A stretch of DNA of 64,000 bases from a virus (IMGVR_UViG_3300027747_004722:35016-99015), one strand, 5' to 3'; positions 47,131 through 56,769 are shown, counted from the first letter of the stretch. Notes: generated by a model from the letters alone, not told the origin. A program made the numbers and translations.

Positions 47131-47153
47131 GAACTATCTAGTGTGGCCGACTT

Positions 47154-47678
47154 TTAATTTGCCCTGCGCCCCTGCACCAGAACACCAGATTCACGCAGTA
47201 TTTTTGCCATTTTCATAAGGTGTTTGCACATCCCGGGCGACTCACCTGGGTTGCTTGATCCCGGCCGAAGTATCGCCTCGTACTTCCTGCCCGCCCGCCC
47301 GTACAGAGATCCGTCCTCGCCGTTCCAGTGCCGGAACCTCCACCTGAAGTCCTCGCACGTGCAGCGAACGAGTACGCCGTTCTCGGAGAACGACAGGCGA
47401 TCCAGGCCGACCTCCTCCCCCTTCGAAGTCATGACGGGCACCGCGGCCGACCCCTCTCTGTACTTGACGCCCTTGAACAGCATTATCGACTCGTTCTTCC
47501 TCCCCTCGTTGTTGACCACGGCCTTTACGAAAAGGGTGCCGAGACCGCGAAAGGGAACCCATCGCATGCCCTCGACCCTCACCGTGTCCGTGGAGTTCTG
47601 CCTCTTGGTGGTGTGCGGGAAGGCCTGCACGGCCATGTCATAAAGGTCTTTCAGGGAACTCTCCAGCCATATGTCCAT
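47154..47678 (-). CDS. SWIM zinc-finger protein
   Basis: VRCTCEDF...MCKHL. Confidence 0.75.
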   Translation of the reverse strand: MDIWLESSLKDLYDMAVQAFPHTTKRQNSTDTVRVEGMRWVPFRGLGTLFVKAVVNNEGRKNESIMLFKGVKYREGSAAVPVMTSKGEEVGLDRLSFSENGVLVRCTCEDFRWRFRHWNGEDGSLYGRAGRKYEAILRPGSSNPGESPGMCKHLMKMAKILRESGVLVQGRRAN

Positions 47679-47716
47679 AGGTGGTATATACATTCCTCCC
47701 ATAGCTATCTTAATTC

Positions 47717-48040
47717 ATGGGAGACAGACTCATAGACACCGACATACCGCCCCCGGACGGCAAGGGCGGCTTCAAACACAAGTTCCAGGTGATGATGCGC
47801 CCTCTGGGGCCAGACCCGAAGAACGACGGGGTGGAGAAGGCAGTTTTCGTGGACGGCAGGAAACTAGACTTCTCAATAGACATCCTGCGTCTCCTAGAGG
47901 CCAGGCGAATGGGGCCGACCACCCTGCTGGAGGAGCAGAGAAGAATAGAGAGGCAGTTCATAAATTCCGTCTCGGACGCAATCGGGAGGAGAGTCACCAC
48001 GGAGGAGATAAAGCGCGCCGCCGTAGAGGGATGGATATGA
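47717..48040 (+). CDS. Hypothetical protein
   Basis: 107-aa ORF. Confidence 0.7.
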   Translation: MGDRLIDTDIPPPDGKGGFKHKFQVMMRPLGPDPKNDGVEKAVFVDGRKLDFSIDILRLLEARRMGPTTLLEEQRRIERQFINSVSDAIGRRVTTEEIKRAAVEGWI

Positions 48041-48369
48041 GCAGCAAGGAGGGGTACGGATACGAGTGGGACGCGATGCTGGTCGGCGGGCCCGCCGACG
48101 GATGCCTTGACAGGGCCATAACCATAAACGGCAACAAGCCCCCCAAGACGGTCATAAGAGTAATGGACGGCAACTCCATGAGGAGAGAGAGCCTCGGGGA
48201 GAAGCTCATCGAGCATCTGACGAGAGACCAAGTCGAGGGATCGCAGAGGGTTGCCGTCTACGAGTTCAGGTCTGTCGGAGAGGACGACAAGTGCATCTAC
48301 GACTATACGGGAACCATGACCATGGACGACTACAGGGACGCCCACCTGCCCGAGTCCAACCTTGAATGA
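48037..48369 (+). CDS. Hypothetical protein
   Basis: ATGA-coupled; LVGGPADG. Confidence 0.65.
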   Translation: MSSKEGYGYEWDAMLVGGPADGCLDRAITINGNKPPKTVIRVMDGNSMRRESLGEKLIEHLTRDQVEGSQRVAVYEFRSVGEDDKCIYDYTGTMTMDDYRDAHLPESNLE

Positions 48370-48378
48370 AATGCCGAA

Positions 48379-49302
48379 TCAGCCCTGCGGAGCAGGAGGC
48401 TGCTGCCCACCGCCAGCGGCTGGAGCCGGTTGCGGCTGTCCCCCGTCATTCTGCGGGCCCGCCTGCGGAGCCTGCCCGGCGTCGCCTTGGTTGTTCTGCC
48501 GCGGGCCTTTCTGGGGCTGTTCTTTGCTGGCCGAGTCGATGACGGCCTTCATTGCCGCAAGAACATCTTGCCTCGACCCCTTGCCGTCCTGCTCGAGCTC
48601 CTCGGCGATCTCCATCATTTTCTTCTCGACGACGGACTTCAAATCCATGTCCTTCTCGCCTTGCTTGTGCTGAGGCTCCGAGACGCCAGACTGATCCGCC
48701 TCGTTTTCTTCCGCCCACCTCAGGAAGGACGGGACAGAAAAGTTCTCTTTGGCTATCGTCTCATCCTCCGGCACTTCGATCTGCTTCTCGATCTCCCCGG
48801 CGCTGATGGCCGAGCCGGATATTCCCGCCACTATCTTGGCCACAACGGCGACGAGCTCCTTCTCCAGCTCCTCCTTGGGCATTGACTTGTACTGCTCCAT
48901 GTCCATTATGCGTTCTATCTTGGGCTTTAGTTCCCTGCGCAGATCCGAGTCGATGTCCATTCTCTCCGAACCCATCATCCTAGCGAACTTGCTGACGTCC
49001 ACTCTGCTACCCTCTTCGTCCGACCCCAGCTCCTTCGCGAGCGAACGAGTGCTTATCGTCTGGCCGCCCATCTCGGCGACCGTCTGCGATATGACCGCCT
49101 TCATCCTGTCGAGCATTTCGTCCTTGGGGAGGGAGCGGAACTTCTCCATGTCCATGATCCTGCGTATCTTCGGACGGAGCTCCATCTCCAGATCGCGGTT
49201 GACCCTGACGGTGCTTGAGTCCATGTACCTGGCGAACGCGTTCTTGTCGAAGTCCTCGCCTAGCACGCCGCGCTCCGCCATCCATTCTTTTATCGACTTC
49301 AT
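48379..49302 (-). CDS. Hypothetical protein with a tandem ~80-aa duplication
   Basis: ELRPKIRRIMDME / ELKPKIERIMDME; starts MKSIKEWMAE. Confidence 0.75.
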   Translation of the reverse strand: MKSIKEWMAERGVLGEDFDKNAFARYMDSSTVRVNRDLEMELRPKIRRIMDMEKFRSLPKDEMLDRMKAVISQTVAEMGGQTISTRSLAKELGSDEEGSRVDVSKFARMMGSERMDIDSDLRRELKPKIERIMDMEQYKSMPKEELEKELVAVVAKIVAGISGSAISAGEIEKQIEVPEDETIAKENFSVPSFLRWAEENEADQSGVSEPQHKQGEKDMDLKSVVEKKMMEIAEELEQDGKGSRQDVLAAMKAVIDSASKEQPQKGPRQNNQGDAGQAPQAGPQNDGGQPQPAPAAGGGQQPPAPQG

Positions 49303-49319
49303 GCTTCGACCCCTTTTCA

Positions 49320-49601
49320 TTATGTCTTGTCGCCCGTCTTGATCATCTTGTCTTTCTTTGCGACGGATTCGCCGTCGGACACCATGCCCTTCAGCCTTTC
49401 GACGCGGCCGGACAGACCCGTGATCTTGTCCCTTCCGACGCCCAGGAGGGCCGCCATCCCCTCGCTGTCCCCGCACACCATCAGGAAGTCCTCCCAGAAG
49501 TCGTTGCCCCTCTGTAGGTTCATCCCCTTCCTGACTATTTCCAGGGCCTTTTCCTCGTCCCTGTCGTCCGTGGAATCCCTGTATTCGCTGAAGCTGAGCA
49601 T
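49320..49601 (-). CDS. Hypothetical protein (MLSFSEY N-terminus)
   Basis: ATG 4 nt after TAGATA. Confidence 0.7.
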   Translation of the reverse strand: MLSFSEYRDSTDDRDEEKALEIVRKGMNLQRGNDFWEDFLMVCGDSEGMAALLGVGRDKITGLSGRVERLKGMVSDGESVAKKDKMIKTGDKT

Positions 49602-49621
49602 GCGGTATCTATCCCCGCCCC

Positions 49622-50335
49622 TCAAAAATTGACCCAGAGGGACTCGTTGCCCGCCCCCGGCACGCTCCTCCTGTTCCACTGGGCGAAAAGACGCCTGTAC
49701 ATGGCCGAGTTTCTGGCGCAGACCGCCACTTTGCCCCTGAAGTCGCGGACCAGTTCGCCGAACTCCGCGTGGAACTCGGAGGTGCCCGGGTCCATCGCCG
49801 GAGGGTCGCAGAAGACCAGGCATCCCTCGTGGTTGAACGCCCGAAGAACCTCTATGGCGTCCCTGTTGAGGAAGAAGACCTTCCTCACCCTGGAGCTGAC
49901 GGTGGGTATCCGGTCGAACAGGTCGCACCAGCAGTCCCTGCATTTCACCTTGCCGTCCCTCGGCAGGTAGGTCTTCTTGAGGGCGCTCTTGCTCATGTGA
50001 CGCAGCACGAACTCCCTCACGGCCTCGTCCATGTAGTCCCCTCCCGAGGCCTTCGCGTAGCGGTCGAAGGCCGACCTGGAGTGGTCGATCCTCTTGACCC
50101 TTGACGAGAAGGACGAGTGCTCGTCTCGGACCGCCCTCCAGACGCTCACGAGGCTCGGGTCGGCGTCCGACGCCACCTCCTCGACGGACTCCTCCTTGGC
50201 GAGGAGCACGCTCCCGTCGCCCAAGAACGGCTCCAGGTACTCCATGCCCTGGTAGCCCTCGGGGAACTTGTCGACGATCCACTCGGCGACCTTGTGCCTA
50301 CTGCTGCTCGCCTTTACCACCGGCTTCAGACTCAT
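49622..50335 (-). CDS. Dam/D12-class adenine methyltransferase-like, degenerate
   Basis: YLEPFLGDGSV, FCDPPA instead of DPPY. Confidence 0.75.
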   Translation of the reverse strand: MSLKPVVKASSSRHKVAEWIVDKFPEGYQGMEYLEPFLGDGSVLLAKEESVEEVASDADPSLVSVWRAVRDEHSSFSSRVKRIDHSRSAFDRYAKASGGDYMDEAVREFVLRHMSKSALKKTYLPRDGKVKCRDCWCDLFDRIPTVSSRVRKVFFLNRDAIEVLRAFNHEGCLVFCDPPAMDPGTSEFHAEFGELVRDFRGKVAVCARNSAMYRRLFAQWNRRSVPGAGNESLWVNF

Positions 50336-50528
50336 CGCCCCCCCTTATATGGATCGCGTTCCCGCAAACGCTGCAGAAGAGGTCGTAGTTCCCGTAGCCG
50401 AGCCTACCCTCCCAGAACCACCCCTTTAGGGCCTTCTTGGCGCAAAGGGTACACATGGCCCGCATGACCGCCTCCTCCCCTTCCCCCTCGAGGAACCAGT
50501 AGCTGTCCTGAAGAATGAGCGAGGCCAT
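50298..50528 (-). CDS. Small zinc-binding protein
   Basis: CTLC, CSVC. Confidence 0.6.
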   Translation of the reverse strand: MASLILQDSYWFLEGEGEEAVMRAMCTLCAKKALKGWFWEGRLGYGNYDLFCSVCGNAIHIRGGDESEAGGKGEQQ

Positions 50529-50584
50529 GCCATACCGTAGTAAGGAAAACGTCACATTTCGCGACGGATCAACTAGATAAGGCC

Positions 50585-51007
50585 ATGAACTCAAACGCCT
50601 GCTCGGGTACCGCACGCATCACCAAGGGGTCGCTTCTCTCGACCATGGGCTACAAGGCCTTCGAACAGCCCTCGGTGTACTCCAAAACCCTGTCCGAAGA
50701 AAAAAGGGACAGGGTGCTGAAGGTCGTCGCCGACAGCGGCGGGAACCTAAACAGGGCCGCCGTAATACTGGGGATCAAGGCGTCAAGCCTGAAGAGGTGG
50801 ATCAAGGAATGGGCCTCGCCCGGGACGCCCTCCGCGGACGGCGCCTCCAGCAGCCCCACCCGCAACTTCTACGAGCGGATAGCCTCTCCTTGGTCCATAA
50901 CGGCGTTCGACCCCTCCACCAGAGAAGTGTGCATAGAGATAAAGACGCCCTCTGCCACAAACAGGCTCCAATACACAATACCGAACCAACGAGCCTCTGA
51001 CTTTTAA
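50585..51007 (+). CDS. Fis-like HTH protein
   Basis: GGNLNRAAVILGIKASSLKRW. Confidence 0.75.
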   Translation: MNSNACSGTARITKGSLLSTMGYKAFEQPSVYSKTLSEEKRDRVLKVVADSGGNLNRAAVILGIKASSLKRWIKEWASPGTPSADGASSSPTRNFYERIASPWSITAFDPSTREVCIEIKTPSATNRLQYTIPNQRASDF

Positions 51008-51053
51008 CGCCCCACCCCCAGACCGCCCAAATTGAAATTTCCGAGGGGGAGCT

Positions 51054-51081
51054 TTGCAAACCAGCCCGGCACAGCTATGAT
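51054..51081 (+). promoter_or_regulatory. Sigma70-like promoter
   Basis: TTGCAA-N16-TATGAT. Confidence 0.5.
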
Positions 51082-51128
51082 ACGCCCGTAGCCGAATGGT
51101 TCGGCACACACTCAAAGAAGGAGAAGAG

Positions 51129-51470
51129 ATGAGAAGTTTGATCGCGATCGCCCTCGCCAGCGTTGCCGCCGTGGCATTCGCAGAGACCCAGTCCCCCACC
51201 CCAGCCGACGGCACCGTCAGCGTACTCGCCAGCAATTCGCAACAGCAGGCCTCATCGGCGCCCGCCGCCTCCTGCTGCGAGACCGCCAAGGAGGTGAGAC
51301 TCGGCCCGTGGCAGGCCCGAAGGCTTTCCAAGCAGGCCGAACGACAGGAGGCCCGCGACTGCCGGGACTGCTGCAAGGGCAAGTGCGAATGCGACTGCTG
51401 CAAGAAGAGCAGGCCCACCGCCATCGTCACGACGAAGGCCCGTCCCGCGTGCAGCTGCTGCCAGCAGTAG
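51129..51470 (+). CDS. Secreted Cys-rich protein
   Basis: AAGGAG RBS; signal peptide ending AFA; many CC/CxC. Confidence 0.7.
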   Translation: MRSLIAIALASVAAVAFAETQSPTPADGTVSVLASNSQQQASSAPAASCCETAKEVRLGPWQARRLSKQAERQEARDCRDCCKGKCECDCCKKSRPTAIVTTKARPACSCCQQ

Positions 51471-51496
51471 TTCGCACCAACGAGACGAATCAGTAG

Positions 51497-51525
51497 AGAC
51501 CCCGCGGGCGACCCCCGCGGGGTCT
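51497..51525. terminator. Hairpin between convergent genes
   Basis: AGACCCCGCGGG..CCCGCGGGGTCT. Confidence 0.65.
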
Positions 51526-51527
51526 TC

Positions 51528-51908
51528 TCATTTGAGGAACTTGAGCTTGTAGACGGTCCTGTATGTCAGGGCGATGACCTCGTCCATGATGTTCTGGAGG
51601 TGCGAGTCCTTCAGCGAGTCCCTGCCGACCGCGAACAGCTTGGCACAGTCCTCCAGGTATTCCACCGCATTCGCCACCGAACCCACCTCGAACTCCGCGT
51701 CGCCGAGCAGTCCGTACTGGCCCTGGTAGGTCTCCACGAACTCGTCGACGAGGTCCAGCAGGCCGTCGTAGAACGAGTTGAGGGCCTTGTGTTCCGAGAA
51801 ACTCTTGGACTTCAGATGGCAGTTGTGAGCCACCTGCCTTGCCTCGAACATCTTCTGAACGAGTCCTTTGGCTCCCTTAGACTGTTTGTATTCTTGTAGA
51901 TTTAGCAT
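51528..51908 (-). CDS. Ferritin/Dps-like four-helix protein (DUF5856-like)
   Basis: AH..H..S.SFSEHKAL..FYD....LVD.FVE.YQG.YG. Confidence 0.8.
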   Translation of the reverse strand: MLNLQEYKQSKGAKGLVQKMFEARQVAHNCHLKSKSFSEHKALNSFYDGLLDLVDEFVETYQGQYGLLGDAEFEVGSVANAVEYLEDCAKLFAVGRDSLKDSHLQNIMDEVIALTYRTVYKLKFLK

Positions 51909-51923
51909 GATCTAAATTAGCTC

Positions 51924-54900
51924 CTAGATCGTACTTCCCGAATCCGACACGCCGGAGTGTCCCGTCGGGTTCGGCGGTATGTTCGGAACCTCGGGCGCAG
52001 TCAAATAGGCCTGGCCGTCCTTCGCGTAGACGATCCTTCTTCCCCCACAGCCGTCGGTAACCTCAAGCCAGCCACTTCTCTGGAGCGATATTCTCTTGCC
52101 GTCCTGCTCCACGACCGAGGTGTCCATATTGCCCTCGCCGTAGAACTTGTAGTTCGGCAGTCTTTCTGGATGGTCAGGGCTGAGATCGAGTTCGGACTCT
52201 GCTCCGCAAGTTGCAACAACCTCCAAAACCTCCAAGAACTTGGTTGCAATGGCCTGCGCCTCCGATGCAGTCATCGCAACCCCGTCGGCCTTGCCCAAGC
52301 AGAGAAAGAAGAGTTTTGTCTTTCCCTCAAGCCCGGTGATGCAGTGCTCGTCGCCCCTTGAGGTCGGATCGTAAAACTGATCGATCCCATCCCCATCGCC
52401 ATCGACGATTATGATGTGGTTTATGGAGGGATCGCCAGCGTTATAATTGGTCTTGAAGTAGGCGGTGTAAGTCGACCCCCCAGCACTTATCGGATAGATA
52501 TCAGCTGCATCAACGCCTTCACCGTCCGATCCTATATCGCCAGTTATTGAAAACTGTGTGATGTTGATGTTGTTTGCCGCAAGCACGAACATTCCGGGGA
52601 ACATGGCCGTGAAGTAGTTGCTTCCTTCGCCAAAATATCCATCACCGACCATGACGTGGCTGTCGCACACAGGGAGATATCTATACTCGTCCAACTCTGG
52701 ATCATAGAAATCGTTCTCTGGGTCCCCGTCCCACGCTTGAGTGTGAGTGGAGGGTATGCTCTTATAAAGCTGGTTGTTGTTACACTGCCCTTCCCCGCCG
52801 CTGACAACATCATTGCCTCCATAGCACTTAATGTAAAGATAAGGAAGCGTCAGGTTTGTATTTAGATAATTTGCTCCGTCGTACATGTCATTCATGCCAT
52901 CATTTATTCCCATCTGCTTGAATGCAGGCAGAACGCTCCATGGCTGCAACGCACCATTAGCATTTAGCTTAGCATACTGGAACCTTGCCGCATGGTTGTA
53001 GTCAGTGAAGTTCCCTGCAACATATATGTTGCCAGTCGAGTCTAGCTTAATGTCATTTGTTTGTGGTGGCCAATTACGAATGGCAGGAGTGAATCCAAAA
53101 CCGTTGTTGAAGCTTTCGTCCAAAGAACCGTCAGTGTTCAATCGGACTATTTTGTTTAGACCGCCTCCCTCTAAAATATCAAAGGCTCCGCCTACAAGCA
53201 ACTTTCCATTTTCTTGTTGGGCAATGGCAACTACAAATCCAAAGCCCTCAGACTCGTAAAGGTCTGGGGCGTATGTGTTGTCCAAAGATCCGTCACTGTT
53301 CAATCTTACCAACCCACGGTTACAACTAGACCCGTCATAATCTGCGCCAGAATGTCCAACCAATATCTTTCCGCTTGATAATGGAAGTATTGCAAAAACC
53401 CCATTCACCATCTGGCCGGTGAAGCCGTCCCCGGAATCGAACGAAATGTCCAGTGATCCATCGCCATTAAGCCTGATGATGCTTTTATCAAATCCGCCCC
53501 CAATTAGTATTTTCCCACTATCATCAACAGCAATTGCGGATACAGAATCGCTCAAACTTATGCCACCTCCCGGGAGGTTGCCCAAGCCAAAAATATTGGC
53601 GGCAAAAACTTCATCTATAACTCCATCGCTATCTATTTTTGCCAAATAAGGGGATTCCACATCGTCATAATGAGTAAAATGCCCCCCTACCAGAACGCTG
53701 TCGTCGTCCAGTAATTTTATGGTGTAAATAGATACGCCAATGACACTTATAGCTCTGTCTTCAAAGCCAATATCTCCGCCATTTCTCTTGCTTATTGATC
53801 CATCCGGATTTAAGCAAACCATTCCCCCAATAATGACTTGATTGTCTAATATGATGTCGGGATCCCAGCTTGGTTGTGATATTGATGTGCCGTTGGATGC
53901 TCCATCAAATCTTTCAAAACTAGTAAAAAAACCGCCCACAACCAACCTTCCGTCACTCATCTGAACAACGCTACTTAATGGACCATTGAAAACTGGTGGT
54001 GTGAATGATTCATCTTCTTTGCCATAAACATCTATTCTTCTGAGATTTTTTGAATTATCATTAGTTCCTGAATACCCAGCAACCACAATATTGCCGTCAT
54101 CTTGGATGCATATTGCAGTACCAAATCCCAATTGACCAAAGTTGGGATCTACTCCATCTCCCTCGCCGTCATCCAAGTCAGCATCGTCTGAAAAATAGAA
54201 AAGTGCGCCTTCAACAAGATCAGTGATTTGCGAATGATCCTCTTTGAGTTTGTTGAGTTGATTATTTAATTCTTCATCGTCTGATATTCCATTTGTTTCG
54301 TAGACATTTATCGTGAGGTTCTTGAAGTAAGATGTGCCGGCTTCGTTCTCTACGCCATCGTTATCGGCATCAAATCCAATTCGGTATGGGCCTCCATCCA
54401 TCAATTTCTCATGCAACACGATGGTGTCAACCACGGCTCCGGAGGTGTCCGGCCCCTCATAAGTGACGGCGGTAACAGTTCTGGCGGCGGGGTTGTAGGT
54501 TACCTTGAATGTGTAGATGCCGGGACCAAGAACAGGAGTTCCAGCTTCCGGGCATTCGCCGTCGCCACAATAATATGAGCCGTAATGCTCCCAATAATTA
54601 TTTGCAAATTTGTTTGTGCCGTAAATATTGGGGACAGGACAATTTATGGAAAACGCTATTCTTGAAGGATCTGGATTCCAATTCCAGTTTGGTGATTGCC
54701 CATCATTGTAAAAACATATGCCCTGGTCTGAGCAAAAATTAGTGTGGTCAGCGGTAAATATCACCTCGCAGGCTTGATGCCCAGATATGTTGAAATTGGT
54801 TCTTACGCTATATGCGGTGACCATAACCCCAGCATCCCCAGTAAAATACATACCATCAGAATCAAAACCAAAGTCAGTGTCCAAGGTTTTCCCGGTTTGA

Positions 54901-55034
54901 TTACCATATTCTGCGAGCCAAGATGGCATTGAGGTAAGGTTGCTGGTGTATGTTTTCATGGAGTCTCCTGCGAAATGCGTGCAATATATAGTGATTTTTT
55001 GATTAGTTTGATTGCTATTTATTTCACCAACCAT
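51924..55034 (-). CDS. Large virion surface protein with delta-60-like beta-propeller repeats
   Basis: Repeated Q.DGK..VGG.F and RLN.DGSLD.SF; AT-rich core. Confidence 0.8.
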   Translation of the reverse strand: MVGEINSNQTNQKITIYCTHFAGDSMKTYTSNLTSMPSWLAEYGNQTGKTLDTDFGFDSDGMYFTGDAGVMVTAYSVRTNFNISGHQACEVIFTADHTNFCSDQGICFYNDGQSPNWNWNPDPSRIAFSINCPVPNIYGTNKFANNYWEHYGSYYCGDGECPEAGTPVLGPGIYTFKVTYNPAARTVTAVTYEGPDTSGAVVDTIVLHEKLMDGGPYRIGFDADNDGVENEAGTSYFKNLTINVYETNGISDDEELNNQLNKLKEDHSQITDLVEGALFYFSDDADLDDGEGDGVDPNFGQLGFGTAICIQDDGNIVVAGYSGTNDNSKNLRRIDVYGKEDESFTPPVFNGPLSSVVQMSDGRLVVGGFFTSFERFDGASNGTSISQPSWDPDIILDNQVIIGGMVCLNPDGSISKRNGGDIGFEDRAISVIGVSIYTIKLLDDDSVLVGGHFTHYDDVESPYLAKIDSDGVIDEVFAANIFGLGNLPGGGISLSDSVSAIAVDDSGKILIGGGFDKSIIRLNGDGSLDISFDSGDGFTGQMVNGVFAILPLSSGKILVGHSGADYDGSSCNRGLVRLNSDGSLDNTYAPDLYESEGFGFVVAIAQQENGKLLVGGAFDILEGGGLNKIVRLNTDGSLDESFNNGFGFTPAIRNWPPQTNDIKLDSTGNIYVAGNFTDYNHAARFQYAKLNANGALQPWSVLPAFKQMGINDGMNDMYDGANYLNTNLTLPYLYIKCYGGNDVVSGGEGQCNNNQLYKSIPSTHTQAWDGDPENDFYDPELDEYRYLPVCDSHVMVGDGYFGEGSNYFTAMFPGMFVLAANNINITQFSITGDIGSDGEGVDAADIYPISAGGSTYTAYFKTNYNAGDPSINHIIIVDGDGDGIDQFYDPTSRGDEHCITGLEGKTKLFFLCLGKADGVAMTASEAQAIATKFLEVLEVVATCGAESELDLSPDHPERLPNYKFYGEGNMDTSVVEQDGKRISLQRSGWLEVTDGCGGRRIVYAKDGQAYLTAPEVPNIPPNPTGHSGVSDSGSTI

Positions 55035-55049
55035 ACATTTATATAGTGC

Positions 55050-55493
55050 ATGGAAAGTCTCACTGATGACACGCAGCACTGGCAGAACCTTATTCCCCCG
55101 CTCGCTCCCAACGAGCACGAGGTCGCCATGTACAGGCATCATTCGAGGGGACATCGTCCCATTTGCCTCTTGGGAATGACGAAAAACTTAATTCCCATGT
55201 GCGACTACATGGTTGATCTGAGCCCGATCCCCCAGGAAAGGCCAGTCATAAAGTGCGACTGGAATGAACTTGAAGAGAATGCTTCGGTTGTTTTGGGCGA
55301 CGGTGTACTGAACCTCTGCGGAGTTGAGCTGGCGCACAAGATGTTGAATATTGCCGAAAAGGTAATATTTCGGGTATTCCTGAAAAAGTTTGAGGGCATG
55401 AAGTATGCGCAGTTCTTCCCTAGGGAATTCGTGGACGCCGACCTCGTGATACCCACACAGAAAGATGTGGTCATGGTCGTATGGAGCCGGTGA
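55050..55493 (+). CDS. Hypothetical protein, possible SAM-dependent methyltransferase-like fold
   Basis: ICLLGMT, MVDL, DW..L, VLGDG.LN. Confidence 0.55.
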   Translation: MESLTDDTQHWQNLIPPLAPNEHEVAMYRHHSRGHRPICLLGMTKNLIPMCDYMVDLSPIPQERPVIKCDWNELEENASVVLGDGVLNLCGVELAHKMLNIAEKVIFRVFLKKFEGMKYAQFFPREFVDADLVIPTQKDVVMVVWSR

Positions 55494-56058
55494 TCCTAGC
55501 CACATCTCTGCATGCGATACAACTTCCGCACTTCTTTATGTCGTCGCCGTCATAGACGGGAGTCCTGCAACTCCAACTCAATGCCCTCAAGTCTTCTGGC
55601 AGCATGTTGTACACCTGCTTCTTGGTCTTGTCTCCGACCGGATACACCTTTTTCGCCCCTGTCCCGAACGCCTCGAATATTCTTTTGGCCCTTTCCACCC
55701 TGTCCGATATTCCTCTCCTCATGTCCGACGCGGTCATCCCGATCGCGACATTTCTTATGCTCGGCATGCTGATGCACATGCCCCCGGCCACAAACGATAA
55801 AAGGTCGCTGTCCCAGAGAAAGCTGTTGTTGTGACACGGGTACTCGTGGTAGCTCTCCGTGAAGGAGAAGTTCCTCAGCCCCTTCATGTATCCAACTATG
55901 TCGCGAACCGCCCTGTCCTCGGCCCTCGCCCTGTTCTCCCTGTTGACGAGATACAAGTGATGCACATGGAGCTCATCGTCGCCTTTCATTAACTCCCAGA
56001 ACGCCCCGGTAGAATCAAGTCCGCCGGAGAACATGATCAAAGTGTCGGGTCTTTCCAT
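55471..56058 (-). CDS. QueC-like PP-loop ATPase
   Basis: FSGGLDS, SWSC, CGSCIAC. Confidence 0.8.
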   Translation of the reverse strand: MERPDTLIMFSGGLDSTGAFWELMKGDDELHVHHLYLVNRENRARAEDRAVRDIVGYMKGLRNFSFTESYHEYPCHNNSFLWDSDLLSFVAGGMCISMPSIRNVAIGMTASDMRRGISDRVERAKRIFEAFGTGAKKVYPVGDKTKKQVYNMLPEDLRALSWSCRTPVYDGDDIKKCGSCIACRDVARITGSIRP

Positions 56059-56627
56059 CAGTCTAAAGCTTTTGCCCTCCCGAACCGCAAGGCGGCGGAC
56101 ACAATGCCCCAGATCGACCCCTTCTTGGACGGGCGATGCGACTCCGTCGCGGAATAAGGAGCCTCGGAGGATGAAGATGGGTTGTCGCCCAAAACTCCGA
56201 CCCCTTGGCTTTGCTCGACGATTATATTTTTCATCGACTCCGTGTTTATGAAATTCAAGTCCTCTGTCATTAGATACGATATTTCGATCGAACTGCTGCT
56301 GCTGCTGCCGCTGCCGAAGGAGGAACTGCCGAAGGAGGAACTGCTGGAGGAGGAACTGCTGGAGGAGGAACTGCTAGAGGAGGAACTGCTGGAGGAGGAA
56401 CCTCCATCGGGGGTGACGGCCGCGGGCTTGGCCTTCAAAGGCTTATAGAGATCAAGGGAGCACACGGAAACAACAGGCAGCCACGCCCCCGTCCTGCCTA
56501 CGCAACTGGTTTTTCTCGGGCTGCAGTCCGAATAGAAGAAACGCCATCCGCCGCATGTGAATCCAGAACAGGAGCGGAATTCGCCCTTGGACAATTCAAG
56601 TTTTTTGTTTTTTCTTCTGCAAAGCAT
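56058..56627 (-). CDS. Hypothetical protein with poly-Ser linker
   Basis: ORF containing about 40 Ser. Confidence 0.6.
   Translation of the reverse strand: MLCRRKNKKLELSKGEFRSCSGFTCGGWRFFYSDCSPRKTSCVGRTGAWLPVVSVCSLDLYKPLKAKPAAVTPDGGSSSSSSSSSSSSSSSSSSSSSSFGSSSFGSGSSSSSSIEISYLMTEDLNFINTESMKNIIVEQSQGVGVLGDNPSSSSEAPYSATESHRPSKKGSIWGIVSAALRFGRAKALD
56291..56403. repeat. 15-nt tandem repeat (GAGGAACTGCTGGAG variants) encoding poly-Ser
   Basis: About six units visible. Confidence 0.85.
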
Positions 56628-56721
56628 GGCGTTTTGCCCCCGACGCTATCTACCCGCAATCGGCTGCGAAGTCGAAGCAGAATGGAAATAAATTTGAGGG
56701 TCAATTCGGCTCGCAAAACAA

Positions 56722-56755
56722 GGCGGGCCGAGGTGGATATCCACCTCGGCCCGCC
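56722..56755 (-). terminator. Perfect 34-nt palindrome, likely terminator
   Basis: GGCGGGCCGAGGTGGATATCCACCTCGGCCCGCC followed on the minus strand by TTGTTTT. Confidence 0.7.
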
Positions 56756-56769
56756 ATCCTAAAAGATAA

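Noticed and set aside
56291-56403. Possible CRISPR array
   Set aside because: Contiguous 15-nt units without spacers, encoding poly-Ser; no cas genes
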